Shown here one piece after another: positions 22,101 through 31,798 of a DNA stretch of 64,000 nucleotides; within the stretch, counting starts at the first letter, position 1, and each line of letters opens with the position of its first letter. Source of the stretch: a virus. The stretch spans positions 27,150 through 91,149 of the IMG/VR virus record IMGVR_UViG_3300021962_000058; one strand, 5' to 3'. A program made the position numbers and the translations under genes. The notes under the pieces were generated by a model. The model made no database searches and was not told the DNA's origin. It saw nothing but the letters and a program-made list of their open reading frames with translations.

Positions 22101-25100
22101 AAGTGCGCTTCCAGCTCGTCAACTATTAGTTATTTTTGATTATTATAAGGTTGCATCTGGAAATAATGGAGACATATTTACAGTAAATTCATATACCGAA
22201 GACAGATATTCTAGTGATATTCCATCTGTTCCAGATGGAACACGTGTTTCGGATATGATTGATTTTAGACCAAGAGTAGTTGAATTTGATCCAGCAACGG
22301 CAACTACATCTCCATTTGCATTTAGTTCTAGATCATATGAAAGTACTTATAGATATGTAATATCACCAGATGAAACTTCTTTCGTAGGATATAGTTACTA
22401 CTTACCAAGAGTTGACTTGGTAACAGTAAATCGTTTTGGTGAAGTTGAAATTGTTAAAGGAGAATCTAGTGATACTCCACGTGCCCCAATCCTAGCCGAT
22501 GATGCTATGGAATTGGCTCAAATTAGTTATCCACCATACCTCTTCAATCCACGTAAAGATCCCAGAATTCTATTAAGAGATAATAGAAGATTTACAATGA
22601 GGGACATTGCAAAATTAGAAGAGAGAATTGAAAATCTAGAAGAAGTTACCAGTTTAAGTATGCTTGAACTGAAAGCACAAACTCTAGAAGTTCTCGATGC
22701 CAACGGAAATAATAGATTTAAATCAGGTTTTATTGTTTCTAGTTTTAAAGATAAGTCACTTTGTGATCAAAGATATAGCACAATTGATGTTAGTGCATCT
22801 GAGGCACTAGGAATTGCTCCTATTGATTTCTGGTCACTTCAAGCAGAATTGGCATTAGATCCTGCAATTGATAAGACAACAGCAGATCTTACTCAAAATC
22901 TCAAATTATTAGATCCAAATATCCAAAAGACTGGTGATTTACTAACTCTTAAATATGAAGAAGTAGGTTGGATCGAACAACCACATGCCACAACAGTTGA
23001 AAATGTCAATCCATTTAATGTTATTGTTTTCGTTGGTGGTGTTGTATTAGATCCTGCATCTGATAACTGGGTAAGAACAATTTATATTGATGATCAAAGA
23101 ATTGAATCAACTGGTGCTGAATGGAAGCAACAGGCAAAAACTAAGGTTGATGTAGATACTAAAACTGAAAAAGAAACATATAAGAAGGGTGGTAATAGAA
23201 GTGAGAAGGGAGTAAGAAATGTAACAACTACAACTACAACCACGACTACAAAATATAAACCGGTTTTAAAAGGTCCATCAAGAGAATTTGATTATGTTGA
23301 AGATGTAAAAATTAGTGGCACTGTTGATCCATTCATGCGTTCTAGAAACGTATATTTCGCAGCAAATGGACTTAAACCATTTACAAAGCATTATCATTAT
23401 CTGGATAGTCAAGAAGTTGATATTATTCCAAAACTTTGTGAAATTGAAATGCAGTCAGGCACATTCCAAATTTATGAAAATGCCAGAATTTATTTGGCTG
23501 GAAAGCAAATAGGATATATCAGAATACAAAAACCAAAACATAAATTTGGCGATACTGGTAGACCTGATATTGGTGCAGGATTAGGATCTCTATCAGTTCT
23601 TGTTGAAGAATACAGTGTTGATCCATATGATAGAACTAGACCTGGACCTGGAGATGCTTATTCTGCAACATCAAAGTTAATTAATTTTGGTGTTAGAGTT
23701 TTGGCAACTGAACCAGAAAAGTATTATGGTTATGTTGCCGAAGGTGCAACAGTTGTCGGTGAAACTAGTGGAGCAACTGCAAGAATAATTAGAGCTGAAT
23801 TAATTTCAGACAACTGGGGAGATGTTATTGGAAACTTCTTCTTCAGAGATCCAAATACAAATCCACCACCACCAGTAAGAGTCACTAGTGGAACAAAAAC
23901 TGTAAAAATTACGGCGGTTCCTCCTGGCGTTACACCATTACCAGGATCAACGGTATTTGCGAGTGAAGCTATTGGAACTTATAGTGGATCTGGAACAATT
24001 TTAACACAAGAAACGAGTAGAGTTTCTGTAAGGAATCCACCCAAACCAGCAGCTTTACCAACAGATGTTAAAGTTGAAGTTAAGGCACCACATAGAGATC
24101 CATTAGCTCAATCATTTACAGTTGATGGTAAAGGTGCATTCTTAACCTCATTTGATCTTTATTTTGCAACCAAAGATCCATCTGCAAAAATTTATGTTGA
24201 ACTAAGAACCGTTGAACTTGGCACCCCAACTCAATTCCTTGTTCAAGATTATACACAAGTAGCTTTAAATCCAAATGATATAAACATTGCTGAGGATTCT
24301 TTTGAAGTTAAGAGTATGGCAGGATTCGATGATGCTGCTAGCGGATTTACTCCTGGACGGTTTGGTTATGAACAGGACTATCCTTATGCAAAATCACTTG
24401 GTTTCTCTGATGCGGATATTAGATATTTCTTAGAAAATGTCTATAAAGGTGTAATCGGTCCTAAGATGCAAGATGTATTAAAGGATCCAAATTGGGGTAG
24501 ATATAAGAGAAAGAGTATGGTAGGATTCGATGATGCTGCCAGTGGATTTACTCCTGGACAGTTTGGTTATGAACAGGACTATCCTTATGCAAGATCACTT
24601 GGTTTCTCTGATGCAGATATCAGATATTTCTTAGAGAATGAATATAATGGGATAATTGGTCCTAAGATGCAAGATGTATTAAAGGATTCAAATTGGGGTA
24701 GATATGAAAGACCACGTATACCAGAACCAGTTCCAACAAGAGTTCGTTTCCCATCCCCAGTTTACTTAGAAGCTGGTAAAGAATATGCAATTGTTATTTT
24801 ATCACCAGCATCGGATGGTTATGAAATGTGGACTGCCACTATGGGAGAGAAGACTGTTAAAACTAAAAATCTTCCAGATGTTCAAAATGTTGTTGTTACT
24901 AAACAATACATTGGTGGATCGTTGTTCAAGTCACAAAATGGAACGATTTGGACAGCAAGTCAATATCAAGATCTTACCTTTAAACTTTACAAAGCAAAGT
25001 TTGTTCCTTCTGGTACTTTAACATTCTATAATACTGATATTAACACCTTTGGAACAAATGTATCTACCCTGCAAAATAATCCAATTGAAGGATTACCAAG

Positions 25101-26970
25101 AAAACTAATGATTCCTATTACAGGAACACTAAATGCTGCTGTTGTTCCTGGAACTAAAATTGGTCAGGGATCTAGTCCAAGTGTAACTGGAATTGTTGAA
25201 AATCTTGGTGGTCCTGTTGGTGTTGTAACTGTTATTAGTGGTGGATCTGGTTATCCAGCGTCTGGAACTACAAATAATGTTCCCCTATACTCTATTAGTG
25301 GAAAAGGAACTGGTGCAACGGCAAATGTTACCGTAAGTAATGGTAAAGTAATTTCAGTTACTCCAACTGCAACAACTGGAAGTGGTTATGTAAATGGAGA
25401 AATTCTTGGAATTACTACAAGTAATATTGGTAGTGGTTCAGGAGCAAGAGTTTCTGTTGCATCTCGTGGTGCTGCTAACACAATTTACTTGACAGGTGTT
25501 CAAGGTGAAAACTTTACAAATACATCATCCATTGTTTATTACACAAATCCAACAAATGAATCTTCTAGAACAACTAGTGGGGCAACAGTAAGTGCAAACT
25601 CAACACTTATTGACGATAAATTCTCTGGAAATGTTTTTAGAATTAAACAATATAATCATGCACATCATGGCGGAAACAATGTAATCGAAGTCAAAGATGT
25701 TCTACCTGATAGAGAAAATATCCAACTCACTGTACCTGTTGGATTGAACGACACTGTTGTTTCTGTTGCAAATACAACTGTTTTTGCAAGGTTTGAGGGA
25801 ATAACAACTAGTCGTGGATATGCGTTAATAAACAATGAAGTTGTATCTTATAGTGGAATAACACAAACTTCTGGTGATAGTGGAACACTTATCATCGATG
25901 GAAGAGGATTAAATGGTAGTGCTAAAGTAGCACATACTATTGGATTTGTAACTCCATATGAAGTTAATGGTGTTTCTCTAATGAGAATTAATAAAACACA
26001 TAATATTCCTGCAACTTATTATAATTTGGAAAACTCCAACCTGGATAATTATTTCTTAGAATTTGATAGGACAACACCAACTGTCAGAAGTACAGGAACT
26101 TCAATGCTTAATTTCGAATCTCAAAAGGGATTTGGTGGAAATAGTGTTAAAATTTCCCAAAACCATCAATTTAGTTCTATTGAACCAATATTCAATATAA
26201 TTACTCCTGGAAAAGGTACAGCAGTTTCTTCACAGATAAGAACTATTTCTGGAACTAGTGCAGGTGGAACGGAAGTATCATTCTTAGATCTTGGATATGA
26301 ACCAATTCAGTTAAATAGAGTTACACATTTCCCAACTCCAAGACTAGTTGCCTCTAAGGTAAATGAAAATGCCAGATTGACAACACTTCCATCAAATAAA
26401 TCTCTAACATTAAGAGTTGATTTTGTCACTGAGGATGAAAACCTGTCTCCAGTTATGGATTTGCAAAATTCAACCTTTATACTTGGTAGAAATAGAGTCA
26501 ATAAACCAATTTCTGATTATGTTCTTGATTCTAGGACGAATGAAATTAATGGAGATCCTCATGGAGCAGTATTTGTAACTCAGATTATTTCTCTGGCACA
26601 ACCAGCTACCAGTTTAAAAGTTTTAGTTGCAGCAAACAGACAACCAGAGGCAGACATTAGAGCATTTTATAGATTATTCAAGGCAGATTCTAGTGACGTT
26701 CCACAAAGTTATGTTCCATTCCCTGGATATGATAATTTATCAGATACTGATGGTGATGGATTTGGTGATTTAATTTTAGATCTGTCCGCAAACAGTGGAA
26801 GACCTGATGCATTTGTAAATCCAGACGGACCAGAATCTTTTTCAGAATATCAGTTTAGTGTAAACAATCTAGAACAGTTCAATGGATTCTCAATTAAAAT
26901 TGTAATGTCTTCAACCAATGAGTCAACACCAGTAAAACTTAAAGATTTTAGATGTATTGCCTTAGCATAA
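19147..26970 (+). CDS. Large virion structural protein, VrlC/DUF4815-like (2607 aa)
   Basis: N-terminal NLNINPYYDDF...VLFKPG.PVQARELT.LQS, APGADR, RRFTMRDI, DPLAQSF, GSLFKSQN motifs; follows gp8. Confidence 0.85.
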   Translation: MPQKTNLNINPYYDDFNKDDNYYRVLFKPGRPVQARELTGLQSILQNQIESFGSHIFKEGSMVIPGGVTCDNAFTTVKVNKDHLGIDVTVYLDAITNYNNGRGTKVKGVKSGVVGTLKGYLLPPEEGVEDITLFVKYVDGGNDGQTSQFSDGEILTLEENITYGNTSLNIGDSVLTLVSIDATKTGYAVGVSKGVYFIRGVFVDVPNTQIVLDPYNNEPSYRVGFDVLEEIVTSNDDPDLNDNARGFTNFAAPGADRLKISVKLAKKQLTDFDDVNFIELVKVDQGKIKKLQNKSEYSIIKEYFAKRTFEESGNYALKPFTVSVANSLNNETGNGGLYREGQRTEQGNLPNDNLMSVTVSSGTAYVKGFDIDLVGTTVVDVEKPRSVKTVDGALVPFAMGSLLKVNNVYGVPYINIGASSSGAQTTQANIIELYNRRRDGAGTGGTVANASGLGTKIGEARVYWYGVADAPYTANNTEWDLYLFDVQTYTTLYLGRSYTTTEVPLTSFVRGLSSGATGYLAAKPNGAAFSLSQTSGTFLVGEQIIINENPELKVGVSAINVYTTEDIKSVYQDASTISGLSVDFLADTVLYERTPPNFAITDKLRITSSTGVSRAPGRFFSGATGIKTESIIKYQEGTNTDPTFNRIASINTTGTEITLAATGAAVAGVCDNGIAAADTESVFSLMEPKIVNLVSSGLYTNLPRPNIASVDLSSSELTISRQVTGKSTDANGQLTLTTSDVLDVSAGISSVFFESFDAERYSVHYSDGTTDQLTASKFTRSIDGSSITFTKLTANQTNNVTVNVTLKKRAVTNKSKDFIRSRQVSITRTSGISTQSGPTSSGLSTSKYYGLRVEDAEICLNVPDVVNIRAVYESTNTSAPVLDKLVFASGLNLDNNVIVGEKIVGEDSRAVAQVVTKTSTTVEFVYLNQNNFKVGELVKFNESSLNIAIQSITEGSYIDKTSNYVLDKGHKDQYCDYSKIRRRAGSALPARQLLVIFDYYKVASGNNGDIFTVNSYTEDRYSSDIPSVPDGTRVSDMIDFRPRVVEFDPATATTSPFAFSSRSYESTYRYVISPDETSFVGYSYYLPRVDLVTVNRFGEVEIVKGESSDTPRAPILADDAMELAQISYPPYLFNPRKDPRILLRDNRRFTMRDIAKLEERIENLEEVTSLSMLELKAQTLEVLDANGNNRFKSGFIVSSFKDKSLCDQRYSTIDVSASEALGIAPIDFWSLQAELALDPAIDKTTADLTQNLKLLDPNIQKTGDLLTLKYEEVGWIEQPHATTVENVNPFNVIVFVGGVVLDPASDNWVRTIYIDDQRIESTGAEWKQQAKTKVDVDTKTEKETYKKGGNRSEKGVRNVTTTTTTTTTKYKPVLKGPSREFDYVEDVKISGTVDPFMRSRNVYFAANGLKPFTKHYHYLDSQEVDIIPKLCEIEMQSGTFQIYENARIYLAGKQIGYIRIQKPKHKFGDTGRPDIGAGLGSLSVLVEEYSVDPYDRTRPGPGDAYSATSKLINFGVRVLATEPEKYYGYVAEGATVVGETSGATARIIRAELISDNWGDVIGNFFFRDPNTNPPPPVRVTSGTKTVKITAVPPGVTPLPGSTVFASEAIGTYSGSGTILTQETSRVSVRNPPKPAALPTDVKVEVKAPHRDPLAQSFTVDGKGAFLTSFDLYFATKDPSAKIYVELRTVELGTPTQFLVQDYTQVALNPNDINIAEDSFEVKSMAGFDDAASGFTPGRFGYEQDYPYAKSLGFSDADIRYFLENVYKGVIGPKMQDVLKDPNWGRYKRKSMVGFDDAASGFTPGQFGYEQDYPYARSLGFSDADIRYFLENEYNGIIGPKMQDVLKDSNWGRYERPRIPEPVPTRVRFPSPVYLEAGKEYAIVILSPASDGYEMWTATMGEKTVKTKNLPDVQNVVVTKQYIGGSLFKSQNGTIWTASQYQDLTFKLYKAKFVPSGTLTFYNTDINTFGTNVSTLQNNPIEGLPRKLMIPITGTLNAAVVPGTKIGQGSSPSVTGIVENLGGPVGVVTVISGGSGYPASGTTNNVPLYSISGKGTGATANVTVSNGKVISVTPTATTGSGYVNGEILGITTSNIGSGSGARVSVASRGAANTIYLTGVQGENFTNTSSIVYYTNPTNESSRTTSGATVSANSTLIDDKFSGNVFRIKQYNHAHHGGNNVIEVKDVLPDRENIQLTVPVGLNDTVVSVANTTVFARFEGITTSRGYALINNEVVSYSGITQTSGDSGTLIIDGRGLNGSAKVAHTIGFVTPYEVNGVSLMRINKTHNIPATYYNLENSNLDNYFLEFDRTTPTVRSTGTSMLNFESQKGFGGNSVKISQNHQFSSIEPIFNIITPGKGTAVSSQIRTISGTSAGGTEVSFLDLGYEPIQLNRVTHFPTPRLVASKVNENARLTTLPSNKSLTLRVDFVTEDENLSPVMDLQNSTFILGRNRVNKPISDYVLDSRTNEINGDPHGAVFVTQIISLAQPATSLKVLVAANRQPEADIRAFYRLFKADSSDVPQSYVPFPGYDNLSDTDGDGFGDLILDLSANSGRPDAFVNPDGPESFSEYQFSVNNLEQFNGFSIKIVMSSTNESTPVKLKDFRCIALA
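24310..24711 (+). repeat. In-frame tandem duplication, 2 x 201 bp (67 aa), inside the VrlC-like gene
   Basis: Units begin AAGAGTATGG at 24310 and 24511; about 90% nucleotide identity by eye. Confidence 0.95.
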
Positions 26971-26973
26971 AAT

Positions 26974-27195
26974 ATGGAAGATTCAAATTTCATTCCCGTT
27001 GAGGGACACAACAACCTTTTTAGAGATCGACAAACAGGTGCAATTTTGAATAAAGATAAATCAGCATACCTCAATTATATGAGGTTAAATGAGATCAAAG
27101 AAAAGGAAAAAAATGAAATTAATGAAATTAAAAAAGATATTGACGAGATTAAATCTTTATTAAAGGAACTTATTAATGGACCCAGACAAAATTAA
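26974..27195 (+). CDS. Small hypothetical protein with C-terminal coiled coil
   Basis: IPVEGHNNLFRDRQTGAILN followed by heptad pattern; tightly packed in the operon. Confidence 0.75.
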   Translation: MEDSNFIPVEGHNNLFRDRQTGAILNKDKSAYLNYMRLNEIKEKEKNEINEIKKDIDEIKSLLKELINGPRQN

Positions 27196-27376
27196 TCTAG
27201 AAAATTTAAGTAAGAGTTTTGAATACTATAAGGCAGCATCAGAAATTGATGCCATTGATTCTGTTGATACTCTTAGAAATATTGCAAAATCTTATGTGAA
27301 ACTTTATTTTAAACAACAAGAGGTTATCTCATCATTTGGATCTTCAATTGAACCTTTTGGATTCAATGAAGTATAA
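27176..27376 (+). CDS. Small hypothetical protein
   Basis: 66-aa ORF with AAGGA upstream, overlapping the previous gene. Confidence 0.7.
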   Translation: MDPDKINLENLSKSFEYYKAASEIDAIDSVDTLRNIAKSYVKLYFKQQEVISSFGSSIEPFGFNEV

Positions 27377-27379
27377 ATA
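27372..27379 (+). promoter_or_regulatory. T4-type late promoter TATAAATA
   Basis: Exact consensus upstream of the ORF at 27406. Confidence 0.75.
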
Positions 27380-27405
27380 TATTTTAGATCCTGAACTGTT
27401 TATAA

Positions 27406-27633
27406 ATGGCAGAAATTAAGGTCAGAGTAGGACAACAACCTGCGGTAAAAGTTATATCTTCACTTGCTGGTGCTCAAGGTCTTTCTTTGTCTGAGCTTAG
27501 TGATGTTAATGCCACAAATTTACTTGATGGTATGGTTCTTGTTTATAATGGTGCCACTAGAAAATGGGACGCTACACTAACCCTTACACCAGGGGCAACA
27601 CAGAATTTAGACATCAACGGGGGAAATTTCTAA
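27406..27633 (+). CDS. Small putative virion structural protein
   Basis: LSELSDV...DGMVLVYNGATRKW fibre-type motif; C-terminal NGGNF. Confidence 0.65.
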   Translation: MAEIKVRVGQQPAVKVISSLAGAQGLSLSELSDVNATNLLDGMVLVYNGATRKWDATLTLTPGATQNLDINGGNF

Positions 27634-29307
27634 ATGGCAAGTATTATCAGGATCAAAAGATCCTCAGGTACTAATAAACCTTCTAGTCTAAATTGGGGTG
27701 AATTAGCATACGTAACTGGTATTGGTAGTTATGGTGGTATTAACCAGTACAAAGATAGAATTTTTGTAGGTGATGATGGCAACAATGTAAATCCAGTCGG
27801 TGGATATTACTATGCTTCTATGATGGAGCATTCGCCAGGAGCAATCGCTGGCGTAACAAATACAAGGAATAGTGATGGTGGTATTGTTGCTATTCTTGAT
27901 AGCAATAGAAAAGTAGATCAGTGGAACGTTGATAATTTAAGACTCGATTTAAATACTTTATCATCTACTAATACTGATGGTGATATTGTTTTAGATCCAA
28001 ACGGAACTGGTGAGATTAATATTGTCGATGATACGTACTTATCATTTGGTAATGATAAAGACGTTAAAATGCGTTATGATGAAGCAACTGATAATAGATT
28101 TGAAATTGAGGGAGCTGACTGGGCATTTGCCAATGGTGTAGCAATTAATATTGGCGATGTTACAGAATCTGGTGATAAAGATAGTGGTGCCCTTGTCGTT
28201 GAGGGTGGAGTAGGAATTGAAAAAAATCTGAATGTAGGTGGAACAATAGGTGTTAGTGGTTTCGCCACAATTGATCAGATCAAGATAAAGGATAATGTAA
28301 TATCAACTATTTCCGGCAATGAATTATACTTAGATCCATATCCAGATGGATTAAGTAATGAAGGAACAGTTATTGTAAAAGGAAATTTACAAGTAGATGG
28401 AACTACAACATCTGTAAATTCAACAACTGTCGATTTAAATGATCCTATTATTGTTCTTGGTGATGTAACAAGCACAACAACAGTAATGACTACTGTTGTT
28501 GCTGGTGTAAGCACAATTAGATTAGATTCTGTTACAGGAATCAATACTGGTGACGTAGTTAGTGGAAATGCCGCCCTTTCAGTATCGGGGGTAAATACAA
28601 TAACTTCTTATGATACTGTTAATAAAATTATAACTTTAACAGATGCGACTATTGCTCCTGGAATTTCTACAACTACACAATTAACAATTACCCACGCATA
28701 CGATACTAATACTGATCGTGGTGTTGCATTTAATTATAATACAAGCACTGGAACTGCAAATAATAAAATTGGATTCTTTGGATATACTGATCAAAATAAT
28801 GTTGGAAGTGCTGCCACTGCAAGATCTTGGACCTATATCCCAGATGCAACTATCACCAATAGTGTAGTAACTGGAACCAGAGGATACCTTGATATTAAAG
28901 GTATTTACTATCAAACTGGCGACTTCAATACTCACGGTGTTGTATATTTTGATGCTGATGGATTACAAACTTCCACAAATAATCCAGCATCCCCTGCCAT
29001 TACTTCAAAGCAGATTCTAACTGCTATTACAAAGGTTACTTTATCACTCCCAACATCGATTACAGTATCTACCGGAGACATAATTAGACAAGATACAAGC
29101 AACGCTTATGGTGTTGTTGAAACTGGTGGAACATTAACCACATTAAATCTTATTGGTGTTGAAGGAACATTTGTTAATACTTATAACATTATAAAAGAAG
29201 GTGATAATGGATCTGTACAAAATCTATCAGTAATTCCTTCCTCAGTTTCGACAATATATACTAATAAACCACACTGGACATCAACCCTTGACGGAGGAAC
29301 ATTCTAA
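27634..29307 (+). CDS. Putative tail fibre / virion structural protein
   Basis: N-terminal IRIKRS...P.SL.WGELAY fibre-attachment motif, GALVVEGGVGIEKNLNVGG repeat, C-terminal LDGGTF. Confidence 0.7.
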   Translation: MASIIRIKRSSGTNKPSSLNWGELAYVTGIGSYGGINQYKDRIFVGDDGNNVNPVGGYYYASMMEHSPGAIAGVTNTRNSDGGIVAILDSNRKVDQWNVDNLRLDLNTLSSTNTDGDIVLDPNGTGEINIVDDTYLSFGNDKDVKMRYDEATDNRFEIEGADWAFANGVAINIGDVTESGDKDSGALVVEGGVGIEKNLNVGGTIGVSGFATIDQIKIKDNVISTISGNELYLDPYPDGLSNEGTVIVKGNLQVDGTTTSVNSTTVDLNDPIIVLGDVTSTTTVMTTVVAGVSTIRLDSVTGINTGDVVSGNAALSVSGVNTITSYDTVNKIITLTDATIAPGISTTTQLTITHAYDTNTDRGVAFNYNTSTGTANNKIGFFGYTDQNNVGSAATARSWTYIPDATITNSVVTGTRGYLDIKGIYYQTGDFNTHGVVYFDADGLQTSTNNPASPAITSKQILTAITKVTLSLPTSITVSTGDIIRQDTSNAYGVVETGGTLTTLNLIGVEGTFVNTYNIIKEGDNGSVQNLSVIPSSVSTIYTNKPHWTSTLDGGTF

Positions 29308-29310
29308 AAT

Positions 29311-29523
29311 ATGTCAAATGAAAGTGAAGTCGATATCAATATTTTAGTGCGTTTATATAATCAAAAATTAGCAGCACTAACAAACCAAAATATATTGCTA
29401 GAAGCAAAGTTGCAAACATTATCAGACGATTTTGCAAAAGAAAAAAATGAGCTTCTAGCAGTAAACCTTGATTTACAAAACAAATATGATGAATTGAAAA
29501 AGTCTAAAAAACCTGAAGCGTAA
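29311..29523 (+). CDS. Small coiled-coil hypothetical protein
   Basis: 70-aa ORF with heptad pattern; lies before gp13. Confidence 0.7.
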   Translation: MSNESEVDINILVRLYNQKLAALTNQNILLEAKLQTLSDDFAKEKNELLAVNLDLQNKYDELKKSKKPEA

Positions 29524-29528
29524 CAAAA

Positions 29529-30371
29529 ATGGCAAAACCAGCAAGTAGGCAAGAACTAATTGATTACTGTCTAAGGCGTCTAGGAGCGCCTGTGCTGGAA
29601 ATTAACGTTGATGATGACCAAATAGATGATCTAGTGGACGATGCCCTTCAATACTTCAATGAGCGCCACTTTGATGGTGTAGAGAGAATGTATTTGAAGT
29701 ATCAGATAAGTCAAGCAGATATTGATAGAGGGTCGGCAAAAGGTAAAAATGGTGTTGGAATTGTTACAACAACAGGAACATCCAATGTAATTGGATATGG
29801 TACAACATCATTTAACTTCTATGAAACATCAAACTATATTCAAGTTCCAGATTCAGTCATAGGTATTGAAAAGATATTTAAGTTTGATACTAGTTCCATT
29901 TCTGGTGGAATGTTTAGTATTAAGTATCAACTATTTTTAAATGATCTATATTATTTCAACTCAGTTGAACTTTTACAATATGCTATGGTTAAAAGTTATC
30001 TTGAAGATATTGACTTCTTACTAACAACTGATAAGCAAGTTAGATTTAACAAAAGACAGAATAGATTATATCTGGACCTTGATTGGGGAGCACAGTCTGC
30101 TGGTAATTTTTTAGTTTTAGATTGTTACAGAATTTTAGATCCAACTACTCATACCAAAGTTTATAATGATAGTTTCTTAAAAAGATATCTTACAGCACTA
30201 ATTAAGAGACAGTGGGGTCAAAACTTAATTAAATTTAGAGGAGTTAAACTTCCTGGTGGTATTGAATTTAATGGCAGAGAAATTTATGAAGACGCAGAAA
30301 GAGAACTAGATGAAATAACTAAGAGAATGTCAATGGATTATGAACTTCCACCATACGACTTTATTGGGTAA
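29529..30371 (+). CDS. gp13: Neck protein gp13
   Basis: LIDYCLRRLGAPVLEINVDDDQ and KRQWGQNLIKF..V.LPGG motifs. Confidence 0.93.
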   Translation: MAKPASRQELIDYCLRRLGAPVLEINVDDDQIDDLVDDALQYFNERHFDGVERMYLKYQISQADIDRGSAKGKNGVGIVTTTGTSNVIGYGTTSFNFYETSNYIQVPDSVIGIEKIFKFDTSSISGGMFSIKYQLFLNDLYYFNSVELLQYAMVKSYLEDIDFLLTTDKQVRFNKRQNRLYLDLDWGAQSAGNFLVLDCYRILDPTTHTKVYNDSFLKRYLTALIKRQWGQNLIKFRGVKLPGGIEFNGREIYEDAERELDEITKRMSMDYELPPYDFIG

Positions 30372-31798
30372 TGGCACTTAATCCATTTTTCCTACAAGGA
30401 ACATCATCTGAACAGAGATTGATTCAGGACTTAATAAATGAGCATCTTAGGATGTATGGTGTTGAAGTCATTTATATACCAAGAAAATTTGTAAATAGAA
30501 AAACTATCATAGAAGAAGTTCAATCTTCAAGATTTGATGATAATTTTGCGATTGAAGCATATGTAAATACTTACGATGGTTATTCTGGTGCGGGAGATAT
30601 TTTAACAAAATTTGGAATGAGTCTTAGAGATGAATTATTGATTACAATATCAAAAGAAAGATTTGAAGATTTTATCGCTCCATTTATGGGAGCATTAGAT
30701 GATGGAAGTGGTGAAGGTGAAATTATATTATCTACTCGCCCAAGAGAGGGGGACTTAATTTACTTTCCACTTGGAGAAAGAATTTTTGAAGTTAAGTTTG
30801 TTGAACATGAAAATCCTTTTTATCAACTAGGTAAAAATTATGTTTATGAATTGAAGTGTGAACTATTTGAATATGAGGATGAAATTATTGATACTTCTAT
30901 TGAAGAAGTAGATACACAAGTTGAAAATGAAGGATATATTACTACACTAAAACTGATTGGTGTTGGTAGAACTGCAACAGCATCTGCCACAATTGGTAGT
31001 GGATATGTTAGGGAAATTTTCCTTAATAATGATGGATATGGATATACTTCCACACCTGTAGTTGCTATAAGTAGTTCTCCCACTGGACAACCAGGAGATA
31101 ATGCAACAGCGGTTGCACTAATGTCAGTTAGAAATGGAATTAGATCTGTTGATAGAATTTATTTGACTAATGCAGGTGCTGGATATAGCACTCCACCAAC
31201 TATAAGAATTACTGGTGGTGGTGGAGCAGGTGCTGCTGCTACTTGTTCAATCGAAACTTCATATAATGGTGTAGTTAGATTTATTGTTAATGATAATGGT
31301 GTTGGATATGGTACTGCCCCCGTCGTTACAGTTTCAGCACCAGGACAAACTGGAATAGGTAGAACTGCTGTTGGTATTGCCTCTATTGGACTTGTCGGAT
31401 CTGATAGCGTAGTTCGTTTAGTATACGTTGCAAATCCAGGAATAGGATACACTTCAAATCCAACTGTGGTTATTGCAAATCCAGAAACACTTACGGGTAT
31501 TGGAACTTTCTTATTCAACGAAGTCGTTAGAGGATCTAGATCTCAAATTAGAGCAAGAGTTAAATCGTGGGATAAAGATACCAACATTCTCAAGGTTGCT
31601 AATTTAGGTATTGGAGCAACACAACCATTATTTTTACCAGGCGAAAATATTATTGGAACAGAGTCGGGAGCGATATTTACTGTTCAATATTTTGATCAAA
31701 TGGATACATATGATAAATATAGTCAAAATGATGAGATTGAAGAAGAAGCAGATCTCATTTTAGACTTTACAGAATCAAATCCATTTGGTACTTATTAA
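30371..31798 (+). CDS. gp14: Neck / head-closure protein gp14 with a Gly-rich insertion
   Basis: NPFF...EQRLIQDLINE, KFGMSLRDE, RPREGDLIYFP, PFYQLGK and C-terminal DFTESNPFG. Confidence 0.92.
   Translation: MALNPFFLQGTSSEQRLIQDLINEHLRMYGVEVIYIPRKFVNRKTIIEEVQSSRFDDNFAIEAYVNTYDGYSGAGDILTKFGMSLRDELLITISKERFEDFIAPFMGALDDGSGEGEIILSTRPREGDLIYFPLGERIFEVKFVEHENPFYQLGKNYVYELKCELFEYEDEIIDTSIEEVDTQVENEGYITTLKLIGVGRTATASATIGSGYVREIFLNNDGYGYTSTPVVAISSSPTGQPGDNATAVALMSVRNGIRSVDRIYLTNAGAGYSTPPTIRITGGGGAGAAATCSIETSYNGVVRFIVNDNGVGYGTAPVVTVSAPGQTGIGRTAVGIASIGLVGSDSVVRLVYVANPGIGYTSNPTVVIANPETLTGIGTFLFNEVVRGSRSQIRARVKSWDKDTNILKVANLGIGATQPLFLPGENIIGTESGAIFTVQYFDQMDTYDKYSQNDEIEEEADLILDFTESNPFGTY

Noticed and set aside
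24310-24711. Diversity-generating retroelement template/variable repeat pair
   Set aside because: The copies are adjacent and in-frame, mismatches are not adenine-specific (several C/T changes), and no reverse transcriptase is in the window.
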